From NCBI GenBank assembly GCA_951406725.2, contig OX597816.1, positions 182,218,001-182,282,000 on the forward strand: DNA of 64,000 nucleotides. Direction: 5' to 3'. The DNA is from Octopus vulgaris. Taxonomy: Eukaryota. The first letter of the stretch is position 1; every line of letters begins with the position of its first letter. Shown here piece by piece: positions 1-12,027 of this stretch. The notes below the pieces were generated by a model, which worked only from the letters and a program-made list of their open reading frames with translations, had not been told where the DNA came from and did no database searches. The position numbers and the translations under genes were made by a program.

Positions 1-469
1 GCTATGTTTTAGTTTACTTTACAATTTCTAAAAATCATTAAGATGTTTTACAATGTAATCAGCGACGAGACGAAGGCAGTTGCATTTGTAGCGTAGCTGA
101 TATCCTCACTGTTTGAGAGATATATTAGAAATGATCTCGTGTTAGATAACAACCATCTTCGGCTATTTTGACCCTGTTGTGTCCACTGCTCTGATTGGTT
201 GACATTGGCGCAGTTTGTCTCTTGACTTATTTCGCGCCAGTATGTAAGCCAACCAACCACGGCCTTCGGATAAGGTCCCATGACAGTCTTTTGGGGTTCT
301 CACTGGAGCCCACCGTCGGTTATAAAAGGAGCCAGCAAATCACTATTTCCCGTCTTAGGTTCTATCCAACGACAGATGACCAGACCAGCCAGCCATGTTC
401 GTTCTCCAGCCAACGACGAGGCTAACATACACCAGCAACGCACATTTCTGTCGCCAACTCCTTACGTAC

Positions 470-625
470 GGTCGTTTTACTACACATTTTTACGAAGAAA
501 TGGTCTTTTAGATGATAGAGAAAATGGTGTACCATGTCATTGTTGTGGTGGAGAAATGAAGGAAGCTCGAAGAGAAGGGGAAAACGGCGAAATTTTGCCA
601 ACTTTACTTTGCAAAACTGGCGACA
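470..625 (+). pseudogene. Possible Merlin/IS1595-like transposase N-terminal fragment (zinc ribbon)
   Basis: Translation FLRRNGLL...PCHCCGGEM...R...G...LLC resembles the FLxxxGLL-CxxCGxxM-C start of Merlin transposases. No DDE domain or TIRs seen. Confidence 0.35.
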
Positions 626-892
626 CAACTTGTATGATTTATACATTTATTTTAATTATCATATTGTTTATTATTGGTTTCTTATTAAATACTAAGACAT
701 AAATGAAACATGGTTGTATTATTATTAAAATAGTAAGAATTTTGAAAAAATACATTTACAATGTACAGAGGAATTTATTTTAAAAAAATTAGAAATTGAA
801 GAGTAAACGAAAATGTAGCCTAAAGTAATCTCCCTTTAAATTGTAGATCACACGCCAAAGTAGCATATAATGTTGGTCTATAGTTAAGACTC

Positions 893-1075
893 TAGCTGGC
901 AGTATCGTTAGCACGCCGGGCTAAATGCTTATAGGCATTTCGTCCGTCTTCAGATCCTGAGTTCAAATTTCGCCGAAGTCAACTTTGCTTTTCATCCTTT
1001 CGGGGTCGATAAAGTAAGTATGCAATCGACTTAGCCCCTCCCCGAAATTGCTGGCCTTGTGCCAACATTTGAAAT
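893..1075 (+). mobile_element. tRNA-derived SINE family B (central domain TTTCATCCTTTCGGGGTCGATAAA)
   Basis: tRNA-like head GCTGGCAGTATCGTTAGCACGCCGGG...GAGTTCAAAT plus the central domain. Homologous copies at ~1116-1190, 11690-11885(-), 17005-17075, 21618-21800, 30470-30605(-), 43845-44000, 46222-46430(-), 48335-48542(-). Confidence 0.8.
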
Positions 1076-1182
1076 CAGTATTGTTCTATAGTTGTTATTA
1101 ATGTTTTAATAAAAGTGACGAGCTGGCAGAATCGTTACCGCGCCGGGCAATATACTTTGCGGCATTTCATCCGTCTTTATAT

Positions 1183-1478
1183 TCTGAGGTTCGGGCTGAA
1201 TTCAGGACCAAAGATTATGGCAACAATTCTCAAAGCCATCCTGAGTAAAAAGGTGGACAGAGTAAAAAGGGTCACCAATTCGTACATTGATGGCATTCTG
1301 GTGGATGAAACCGTAATGCCAGCAACGGAGGTCATAGGCCACCTGAAGAGTTTTGGACTGATCGCCAAGCCACCAGAGGCAATGGAGGGAGGTGCTGCAC
1401 TGGGCCTCAAGCTATGGAGAGACAAGGCCGGCGCCTTGGTGTTCTGGCGAGGGAACGAGATCTCCGAACTGGGCACCA
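1183..1478 (+). pseudogene. LTR-retrotransposon (Ty3/Gypsy-like) reverse transcriptase fragment
   Basis: RFGLNSGPKIM...NSYIDGILVDE...HLKSFGL..KPPE...LGL matches RT motifs with YIDD mutated to YIDG. It is a GC-richer island with no flanking LTRs. Confidence 0.7.
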
Positions 1479-2449
1479 TTGAAATGCTTAAATATATTTC
1501 GTTTGAAATATTTAAGCATATCTTGTTTTCATTTAAAATGTTTAAATATGTTTTCTTTATATTTGTGATTACATGTTCATTCTTAAGCTGGAACCGAAAT
1601 ATTTTAAATGTTCACAAAGTTGAACTGATAGCTTTCAAATACGAACAAGAGGGCAGTAGCATCGAACTTCATCCTTCACCAAAAGCCGCTCCGACAAAGG
1701 TGGAAAGTGGAAAGATGAATACAGTGGCGGTGCTCTGAAACATATAAAAGACTGAAACATATAAAAGAATAAGAGAATAAAAGATATATTATATAGAAAA
1801 ATGTACAGCAGCTGCTCATCCCCCTCTTCCAACTAAATTGCAATTTAAAAAAATAAATAAAAATAATTAAAAGATTTTCTAAAATTTAAAAAATTTTAAT
1901 TAGTAAAACAGAAATGTTTTAAATTTTCGAAAGCGAAACAATTTATAGATTTAAAATACAAACGAGATATATTTATAGTGAAATAAGTACTGCAACTACC
2001 TATCCTCAAACTGCAATCTGTTTCAAATTTAAAAAAAAATCAAATTAACATTTTTTAAATGTTTAAAATTTTTTGAATTAAAAAAGATTCGCTGCCTCTG
2101 AATCTATGATGTTCTGAACAAAATTCAAGGACTCTTTAAAAATAAATGAATAAATAAATAAATAAGGCATAATAAAAAAACTTAAAGGGTTTTGATATTT
2201 AAAAAAAAATCATATTAAAACTAACCCTTAGAAAACTTCATCCAGTCGAAACAAACATAAAACAGCATCAACGTATTTGCTTAGGGGTCTCCCACCTTTA
2301 CCATCACCATCACAAGAGGGCCTTCGATAATAATAAGTGTAAAAATATTGATCTATCATAAAGTATCATAGAATTCACTGAATGTGGATTTTCTGGGGTT
2401 TTTTTTCATTGACCACTCCCTGTTATACGCGCATACATACACAAGCATA

Positions 2450-2490
<41 letters not shown>

Positions 2491-2494
<4 letters not shown>

Positions 2495-2719
2495 GTAAAC
2501 ACATAAATGTGAAACAAGGTGGAAAAAAGAGTACTCAAATACCAGTGGTAGAGTAATATGCTTTATTTTAAGCAGCAGAAAATTCAACAAAATCTGTTAC
2601 TCTGAGTTTCTCGTTGCTGTTCATCAGACAGTTTTTGTTAGAATCTAACAAAAACTGTCTGATGAACGGCAACGAGAAACTCAGAGTAACAGATTTTGTT
2701 GAATTTTCTGCTGCTTAAA

Positions 2720-2724
<5 letters not shown>
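2491..2724. mobile_element. Penelope-like terminal remnant, inverted duplication, inserted in (TA)n
   Basis: 81-bp arms (2562-2642 / 2644-2724, one mismatch) with a ~70-bp one-sided extension containing GTACTCAA. Flanked by (TA)n on both sides and carries an HHR core. Confidence 0.7.
2655..2692 (+). ncRNA. Minimal type I hammerhead ribozyme motif
   Basis: ctgt-CUGAUGA(2659-2665)-a cg gcaa cg a-GAAAC(2676-2680)-ucaga-GUA(2686-2688)-acag. Stem III is ACUC/GAGU. A mirror copy lies on the minus strand. Confidence 0.7.
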
Positions 2725-2744
<20 letters not shown>

Positions 2745-2756
<12 letters not shown>

Positions 2757-3253
2757 TAAAACTGTAGTTGTGTGAGTGTCTGTCCCCTTCGATTTAGATT
2801 CCTAACTCCTCCCACATTTTGCGGTGCAGTTTAACCAAATTCGGGTATCTTATAGTCGTGATTCATATCGAAGCCCGTCTGACTATTAGCGCGCGTCAAC
2901 GATGAGTCTACGATTTTAAAAATAATTTAACATAATTTTTTATTCCATTTTAATGCATAAAATGCATCGTGTGTCGATGGCGGCGGAGTTGGCGTCCACG
3001 CTCACAGCTGCACCTGTTTGCTTCTCCCCCTTCCCTCCCTCGTGAAGCTGTGGGGAAGGGAGTGTAAAGAAATCAACGTCGTAATGCGTTGTCAAGGAGA
3101 CCAGCATTCTTTTAGAACAACGACTTCATGGCTTGAAGACACCAAAACAAAAATGGCTAAGAAAGCCCGAATTTATAAGGGAAGTAACTCTCTAAAAATG
3201 CTTATATAGTTATTTCCCTTACAAACCCGAGCAACGCCGGGCGATACTGCTAG
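2745..3253 (+). mobile_element. Non-autonomous Helitron
   Basis: 3' end CCCGAGCAACGCCGGG hairpin then CTAG (3250-3253) and T. The last ~70 bp are shared with the elements at 33193 and 42234. The 5' end lies in a TA run. Confidence 0.7.
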
Positions 3254-3499
3254 TATATATATATAAATTGTTTGGGAGACTTTTCTTATAGTAGAAGGAA
3301 TAGCTAAGATTTTTGGGCTGCTATTTCTAAAAGTTCGGTGTGTGGTAAAGTAAATTTTTTTACTGAACCCTAATTATATAACGTAATGTTTTAAATATAC
3401 CGTAAATGGTCTTTTTATATACTGAACACTAATTGGTAAAAGTAATTAATAATTAATTAATTTTACCCTTTTATTATTGACTATATATATACATATATC

Positions 3500-3565
<66 letters not shown>

Positions 3566-3570
3566 TATAT

Positions 3571-3836
3571 CACGTGATCACGTGACCGACCAGACCCTCA
3601 GATGTTGTTATACATCGCTGGTCACAATGCGTTCGCATTGTTTTAGCCTTCGAATGACGCCATCCCGCTGGTCAACAGAAGAAAGAGTGGGAGAAAGAGT
3701 ACAGCAGGGATCACCCCTCCCCTCGTGGAACTTTTAGGTGTTTTCGTTCAATAAACACAACGCCCGGTCTGGGAATCGAAACCACGATCCTACGACCACG
3801 AGTCCGCTACCCTAAACACTGGGCCATTGCGCCTCC
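3571..3836 (-). mobile_element. tRNA-derived SINE family C
   Basis: Minus strand begins GGAGGCGCAATGGCCCAGTG..TAGGG...GGTTTCGATTCC (A/B boxes). A related head is at 49771-50005(+). Confidence 0.7.
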
Positions 3837-3959
3837 ACACACACACACATATATATATATCTGTACACATACACAATATCTGCACATTCACAGCTATACC
3901 TACACACACACACATGACTATACATACACAGCTATGTAATAAACGAGTCAACGAAGGAG

Positions 3960-4127
3960 CCTCGACGGCGTCGCTGTCTACTAGAAATAGCAGTTAAATC
4001 ATCCTTAAATCACAGCCTACATTAAAATAAGACACGTGGGATAAAGTTATAATGGAATATGAGTCACGACTGCAAGGCCTTTGATCAAATGCCTGCTCGA
4101 TCTGTTTTGACCTGGGGTTAAACAACA
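3960..4127 (+). repeat. Old dispersed ~200-bp repeat (CTAGAAATAGCAGCCAAAT...CTGGGGCTAAACAAC)
   Basis: Diverged copies also near 4530, 4925, 5315(-), 8965(-), 16430(-), 28700(-), 28870-29460 (several), 31878, 34270(-), 42757, 42945, 61940(-), 63675(-). Confidence 0.65.
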
Positions 4128-7100
4128 GAACCCCTTACAGAATTGTTTTCTATTAATCCTTTTCATGAAAGAAAGAAAACAGTGACAGATTTCTTGTAAA
4201 TAACACAACTGACCCCCCTTTTAATCACAGCCAGTGACCAAGGTGTGCAGACCGTGCATTGTTGTAGTCGAAGAAATGTTACCTTAAATGAATCGAGCTG
4301 GACAAATTAGGCTACCTTACAGGTGGCTAAAATCCACGCCACGCCATTAATCACAATTAAAACAAAAGGAAATCTTTATTCAAGGATGCACATCACTAAT
4401 ATCAAACGCAAAGGTACAGAATCTGTCGGGCTCCGATGTTTCCGAATGTATCATCCATCTTCGTAAATTTTGCCGCGTTTTGGCAGAAAAACCTTCAGAA
4501 AACAAAGCTAAAGTGAGAGTCGCTCTATTTGCTAGAAATACTAGCCAATTCTCCCTCAAATCACACCTTTTCATCTTAAAAAAAAGAAAGAAAAAGAAAA
4601 GGTTCATCAAGACAGCGTTATTGGTTCTCGAGCAAAGCAATGAAGAAGGGCTTGTGAATTTATTTATTGACAACAATCCACAGCCTTTCTTTAGATTTAG
4701 CATTGGCCCCTTAGACTTGTGCGACCCTGGACAGCTGCTCAGTGTGATGGCATTGGGTCACCCATTAGGTATTGTAAGTCCTAGATTCCACTCCCTACAA
4801 AAAGACATGTTGTTCATGTCTGGAATGTCTACGGTTATGGGTTTACCGATCAGATTTCACCATCTGGAAGTAAAAAATAGTAGGAATGAAGTGGTTATTG
4901 GACCTCTACGTCGTCACCCAACCTGCTAGGAAAAGCAACCAAAATTCCCTTCAAATAATACCATGTACTCCCAGCTGCATAATAAGAGGTGACGGTCACG
5001 GTTGGAACTTATTTAATCATAGTTCGATTAAGGTTGATCTGCAAGTAAACAAGCACGTAACCAGTCCACAAAACAGCCTTTATGCAGTCATCTTACCTGC
5101 TAAAAAAGGCAGCGAACATCTCTCTCAAACCATATTGTTTAAAAAGAAACAGATTGGCCAGTTTCGGTTGGAATGCTGTTTTTTTTATTCGAGCCAAAAC
5201 AATGTTGTTTTTTTTTACAAACTTAGTATCTCTAGGACTTATGATCAAAAGTGTTCCAACCGTGACTCTCTCGTCATTTTGTATATCAAGGACTAGGTTG
5301 TGAATCGAAGGGAAAATTTGGCTGCTATTTCTGGCAGAGTGACCAGGGTAGCCTCCTAGAGCTACGCTTGTTGACAATGTTCTGTTAGGTCTAAGTGAAA
5401 ATTGTTCAAAATTAAACCCTTTACTTTTTTTTTTTTTATTTAAAATAATCGTGTTGAAGGACCAAACTCTCGATACCTCATTTTTTATCAAATATATATT
5501 TCTTTATGTACAGACACAATCAAATTTGCGATAGTAAGATTATATATACTTTGCTAAATTGCAATGAATTTTACATGGTGTGCTCCTCGCTGTTCGAAAA
5601 GGGTATTTTTATATTATTAATTTCCTTAAATTTATACGATAAAATAAATGAGAACTGTGGAAAAAAAACCCAACCCCAAAACACAAGTGAAATCAAATAT
5701 TTAATGAGTAGGAATCGAAACTGGATGCGTAGGCTCGACTCGCAATAGAAAATCTAATATAGTAAACAGCGTATAATGAATACAGTGAATGAGTGAGGTG
5801 GGAATTGTGAATGGAAACGTGTATAGTAACCAGTTAGATTCAAGGTTTAGCACACAAATACATATATATGGACATATACGGGTACGTGTGTGTGTGTTGG
5901 CATATGTAGGTGGTATAGGAGATAGTGAACACCACCCCACCTCGGCTGCAATACAATCATGCCTTCTCTTCCTTCTTCATCTCTTCCACTAAAATTTTTT
6001 TTCGCGGATTTTGTTCAGTACCGAATCTGTTGTATCTGTATCTTTATTTATTTCAAACTCTGTTTAAAAATAAATAAAATAACAATAAGTCTTGACTAAA
6101 AAGAAAACAAACGGTAAATTTTTAGAAATAAAAATAAAACTTAAAAGTGTGCGTAACAAAGAAAAACCTAAATTTTTCGTAATATAGTTTTTTAAAAAAA
6201 ATAGCCCACAGCTAAAACAAAACTAAAATAAAACGAAAAAGTTTAACGCAAATATTGTGAAAAGGGAGGAAGAGAAAGAATATTTGAAGAATGACATTAA
6301 AGTGTAAAAAAAAACCATCAATTAAATTGTAAGTTTAGAATTTAGAATGAACGAATTTTAAATTTTAAATTTTCAGTTTAAAATTTTAAAAAATTTTAAA
6401 TCGTTTTTATTCAACTTAAATTTAACTTCAGTTGGAATTATAAAATCTGTTGTCGCTAATGTTGGAAAGTCAAAGAGTATCCTTCTCTCAGCCAGTTGTA
6501 TCGATTGACTTGGTAGCAGACTAAGTGATGGCAACTAAGCGACAAAAGTACTCGCTCCGCCAGGAAATGTCTGCTAGCAGATCAAAATCTTAGCAGTTCA
6601 TTTGTCCTCTACAGCCAACGAGAACGATCATTTCCCCCTTGGATTTCTGAAATTTTTTCTATCATCGTTTTTCTCTCGTTTAAAACAAAAAAATTACACA
6701 AAAACAAACTACTATTATTTTATAACAATAGTCTGCTATTAGTAAGCGAAATATAAACACAGATCGCTTCCATGCCATTCCTCTCTCACATACAAACAGC
6801 TCAATAATGGCACAGCTTCGCTAAGAAGAAACTCAATAATTCCTGTTTAGCAACCATTATTAACTTAGAGGAATATTTTTAAATTAAAATTTTTTAAATC
6901 GTTAAATTTTTTTTTATCTTAAAGAAACTTTAATCCAATGTGAGGAGTATACAGGGTTTCGTGCTAAATGAAACAAGCTTATTAACTTTTGAATTATAAT
7001 TATAATTATAATTATTTAAAAAAAATGTATTTGTAAGAAAGGAAAAATATTCTGCATCCAGCAACATCACACAGTCGAAATTACCACTGATTATATTCAA

Positions 7101-7262
7101 AGTAAAAAATATAACTTTCTTCCCGCCTTATAATGTCAAATGTTTTAAGTTTAGAGTCGACAAAATTATCACATCTCATTTTTTATCAAGAATAAAAAAT
7201 GTTGAAAAAGAATTAATACCCTTCGTTCAGCTAAGAATTATCAGTGATTAATTTTGAATGTG

Positions 7263-8006
<744 letters not shown>

Positions 8007-9175
8007 AATGAACATTGTTTCGTTAAGATAAGTCACCCTCATTCACGGCATTAGAAGGCAGTCGACAAAATTAAATATTCATATTTAATTATTATTATTT
8101 ATTTATTTATGTAACAACGTGCAGTTAGAAACAGTCTACATTTGATGATGTTCCTACTGATAATTTTAAACAAATGATAGGGAAATACTCCTCCTGAACA
8201 GGGGGGCACTGGCCTGTTGCTGATAATCTTTATTACTCTTTTAGGCAAGCAGGGTGAAGTGCCTTTCTAAAGAACTCAACCCCACAACGATTTATAAAAA
8301 AAAAAAATTCTACGAACTTATTTTTTAGACCTCCCACCAAAATGAAACAAAATTATATTGAAGAAAATATCAATTTCTCGTGATTGAGTATATGTAATGC
8401 GGCGGGTATGCATTCTTTTACGTGTTTCAGTCATAGTACTGCGGCCATGCAGGAGCAAAACCTCGAAGGGTTTAATCGGTCAAGTCGTCTCCAGTACTTA
8501 TTGTAAGTCTGGTACTTATTCTATCGGTCTATTTTTGCCGAACCGGTTTACGAGGACGTAAACAAACCCATGCCGATTGTCCAAGTAATAAACACAGAAA
8601 CACGCACACTTCCGCATAATTTCCGTTAACCAAATCGATCAGAACGCATTGAAACACACTTGCTCAAGGTGCCGCGCAGTAGGATCGAGTCCCAAAATTA
8701 GGGGTTGCAAGGAATCGCTTATTATTAAAACAGTCTAGGAGGTAGACTTCGATAACAATAACCGTTTGATAACGTTATATGTGACTACAATAAACGGCTT
8801 CCTAGTCGAGCTGTTAACACACACACAATCATCTGTAGAAATAATACAAAATTACTGCGAGTTCTTGTTTAGTCGCAAGATGGTTATGACCAAATGCATT
8901 CCTGTTGTGACCATCTCACCTTCTTTTAAAGCATGGTATTTTGGACTACATGATTTGAGAGAAGTATGGTTGCTATTTCTAGAAGATCGTGGGATATGCG
9001 AAGGCTTCATCGTTAACTCGATATTATTTCAAGGAAAACTAAATACCGAGGTGGTGTCTATGTGGTTGTTCTACATACCATGGTAGAAATAACAGCCTAA
9101 CTTTCCTCAAATCTTATCCTAACGTCTTTACGAAAATGGTGGGGATACATTAATGTGCCCCCAGATGCAGCGTCT

Positions 9176-9550
9176 TTTTTACTCGTTTCAGTCATTTGAC
9201 TGAGGCCATGCTGGAGCAGCGCCTTTAGTCGAGCAAATCGACCCCAGGACTTATTCTTTGTAAGCCTAGTACTAATTCTATCGGTCACTTTTGCCGAACC
9301 GCTAAGTTACAGGGATGTAAACACACCAGCATCGGTTGTCAAGTTGGGGGGACAAACACAGACACACACACATACATATACATATATACGATGGGCTTCT
9401 TTCAGTTTCCGTCTACGAAATCCACTCACAAGGCTTTGGTCGGCCCGAGGCTATAGAAGACACTTGCCCATGTTACCACGCAGTTGGACTGAACCCGAAA
9501 CCATGTGGTTGGTAAGCAAGCTACTTACCACACAGCCACTCCTACGCCTA
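9176..9550 (-). mobile_element. tRNA-derived SINE family A (~370 bp, CORE-like ACCTTGGGCAAGTG, internal TA/GT tract)
   Basis: Full-length copy. About 20 homologues, e.g. 8415-8712(-), 21210-21583(-), 22840-23236, 28160-28670(-), 31075-31470, 32596-32961, 33890-34160(-), 45210-45600, 45668-46075(-), 48910-49550, 51270-51560(-), 63158-63521. Confidence 0.9.
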
Positions 9551-9948
9551 TTTTCTATCTAGAAAATAGAAAAAAGTGATCCTTTTATGTTCTTTTATTT
9601 GTTTCAGTCATTCATCTGCGAACATGCTTGGCTTTAATAGATTAAATTGACACATGAAATGTCTAGTATTTATTCTATCCGTCATTTATTGCCGAACCGC
9701 AAAGTTATGAGGACGTGAACAACCAACATCAAGGGTCAAGCAATGACAAACACAAAGACACCCGAACACGTATGCTTGTGTATAGGCGTAGGAGTGGCTG
9801 TGTGTGGTAAGTAGCTTGCTTACCAACCACATGGTTCCGGGTTCAGTTCCATTGCGTGGCACCTTGAGCATGTGTCTTCTACTATAGCCTCGGGTCGACC
9901 AAAGCTTTGTGAGTGGATTTAATAGACGGAAACTGAAAAAAGCCCGTC

Positions 9949-9989
<41 letters not shown>

Positions 9990-9991
<2 letters not shown>

Positions 9992-10656
9992 TCAATAAGT
10001 GGTGGGGTTGTGTTGACCGCACGTGGGGAAATGATAAGCAAGGAAAAATTGTAAAAATGCAGAATGCTCGATTGAAAGAAAATTTATATAATTAGAAAAT
10101 AATATAAACAAAGTGTTAAAATCTGAAAGTTAAATTAACAAACAATTACATAAAAAAGATAATGCAAATGAAGCTAAAATGACAATTTTATGATTTGGGG
10201 TTTTATCAGCAGCCTTTATTGAAGAACTCAAAAGAGTTGTCTCCCCTTACTCACAACACAGGAACTGAAGAACCACAATTACTACTACTTCCTGTTTTGC
10301 CAACATCCTAAATTAAACCAAACAACACATGGCCTTAATCCCACTGGATCCTAATACCTCAAGGTAATTTTTTCGTGAACAATCATTAAACTCAAGATAC
10401 ACAACGAACTCACAATGTATCGGAGTACTTATTTTTTAATTTTTATACATATTTATTATTATTCTTTTGCAAAAAACAATGCAACTTTTTTTCCCCTTTC
10501 TCATTTTTAAAAAACCTTTTCACCTAACTATTCTTGATAAGTCAAACTATGACGAAAACCGGTTTGAATAAATATATATTTATATATTTTTCATTTTCTC
10601 ATTTCATTAAAATTTTCTTTCAATCGAGCATTCTGCATTTTTACAATTTTTCCTTG

Positions 10657-10658
<2 letters not shown>
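9990..10658 (+). mobile_element. Penelope-like remnant with 49-bp inverted repeat and variant HHR
   Basis: Perfect inverted repeat 10037-10085 / 10610-10658, HHR-like motif at 10530-10569, (TA)n flanks. Confidence 0.6.
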
Positions 10659-10706
<48 letters not shown>

Positions 10707-10709
<3 letters not shown>

Positions 10710-10901
10710 GGTCCCGGGTTGATTCGGGGTTAACCACAGTAAGTAAGGTACTCAATACATAGCAGAGTAAAATTAATTTATTATATAGAAGGAGCTTCTA
10801 CAGGACTAGTACTGTTTCATTCAAGAGAAATCTTCAGGAAGCTTCCTGAAGATTTCTCTTGAATGAAACAGTACTAGTCCTGTAGAAGCTCCTTCTATAT
10901 A

Positions 10902-10907
<6 letters not shown>
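10707..10907. mobile_element. Penelope-like terminal remnant, 132-bp perfect palindrome
   Basis: Spacerless palindrome 10776-10907 centred on GGAAG|CTTCC, with a one-sided extension containing GTACTCAA. A second copy is at 23881-24058. Confidence 0.75.
10840..10890 (+). ncRNA. Type I hammerhead ribozyme motif
   Basis: Stem I agcuuc/gaagcu (6 bp), CUGAAGA 10846-10852, stem II uuc/gaa, GAAAC 10865-10869, stem III ACAG/CUGU, GUA 10882-10884. An identical mirror lies on the minus strand. Confidence 0.8.
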
Positions 10908-10948
<41 letters not shown>

Positions 10949-11044
10949 TCCAAACATGAAAACACAAAGAGAAAACACAACAACGCGAGGACGTGGAACA
11001 AATATAGTATTATTGGACGCTCAGGAAGGAAGGGAAGAAGGAGG

Positions 11045-11079
11045 GTTTTACGTTTCGAGCGGAGCTCTTCGTCAGAAAC
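11045..11079 (-). ncRNA. Minimal type I hammerhead ribozyme motif
   Basis: Minus strand: guuu-CUGACGA-a-gagc ucc gcuc-GAAAC-GUA-aaac, with palindromic ACGU stem III. It lies within insert 10945-11140; a remnant of that family is at ~23260-23305. Confidence 0.8.
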
Positions 11080-11330
11080 ATAGGAAAAGGAGAGATCCAG
11101 AGAAGGGAAGACGGAGGGGAAAAAATGGCCAACGGTACACATATATATGTGTATTTGTCACCCCACCAACATCGCTTGACAACCGATGATAGTGTGTTTA
11201 TGTCCCCGTAACCTAGCGGTTCGGCAAAAGAGACCGATAGAATAAGTCCTGGGGTCGATTTGCTCGACTAAAGGCGGTGCTCCAGCATGGCCACAGTCAC
11301 ATGACTGAAACAAGTATAAGAAAGAGTAAA

Positions 11331-11372
<42 letters not shown>

Positions 11373-11374
<2 letters not shown>

Positions 11375-11505
11375 ATTTAATGTTGACCATCGGAAAAAAG
11401 AGTACTCAATACCATAGAGGTTAATAATATATTTTCTTTTGATCGGGTCAGTCTCTTGCTACTCCGAGTTTAACCTTTCGGTACACAGGCGTCTTCAGAC
11501 AAGTT
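11373..11505 (-). mobile_element. Penelope-like terminal remnant with degenerate HHR
   Basis: Minus strand: uugu-CUGAAGA...UAAAC-ucgga-GUA-gcaa (G12 mutated). Shares GGAAAAAAGAGTACTCAA with the 2491 element. Confidence 0.55.
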
Positions 11506-12027
11506 ATATATAAGCATACATGCACAGCTTCAGTTTATCAAATTCATTCACACGGCATTGACCAACCTGGGTCTAGAGTGGAAAACATTTGCCCAAGATG
11601 CTGGGCAATGAGACGAATCTGAAACTAGGTCGTTGTGCCTGTGTCTCTCTGGGAGTCACGACTAAATTGTTTATTGATAATCCTTTTTATTAAAGGTACA
11701 ATGCCTGAAGTTTTGGGGGAGGGGGACTAGTCGATCGCATCGACGTCAGTGTTTCACTGGTACTTAACTTATTGGCCCCGAAAGGATGAAAGGCAAAGCC
11801 GACCTCGGCGGAATTTGAACTAAGGACGTAATGACGAGTGAAATATCGCTAAGCATTTCGCCCGATTCGCTAACGATTCTGCCAGTGATCAAAGCTTACC
11901 TGGAACTTTAAAAGAGCTACAAACACACAATCGGTCCCTATACAAATTAGTTTCTTATTGCAATCCATTATATGATTGGTGGTTATTAAAACTATAATAA
12001 TAATGATAATAATAATTTATTCTTCTT

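Larger units (their letters stand above)
9783..11333 (+). mobile_element. SINE family A copy split at its internal (TA)n by three Penelope-like inserts
   Basis: The 5' half (9783-9950) and 3' half (~11150-11333) join into one consensus copy. Inserts lie at 9990-10658, 10707-10907 and 10945-11140. Confidence 0.8.

Noticed and set aside
930-956. Minus-strand CUGAAGA...GAAA in a SINE
   Set aside because: No pairing stems or NUH, and absent from sister SINE copies.
1115-1738. 207-aa ORF as a single gene
   Set aside because: Chimeric read-through of a SINE head, an RT fragment and AT-rich flank.
3760-3836. tRNA gene
   Set aside because: A/B boxes are present but continue into a SINE body, and no convincing cloverleaf forms. 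The same applies to the other SINE heads.
4480-4929. 149-aa plus-strand ORF
   Set aside because: Non-ATG start, crosses an old repeat and an A-run, and has no recognisable domain.
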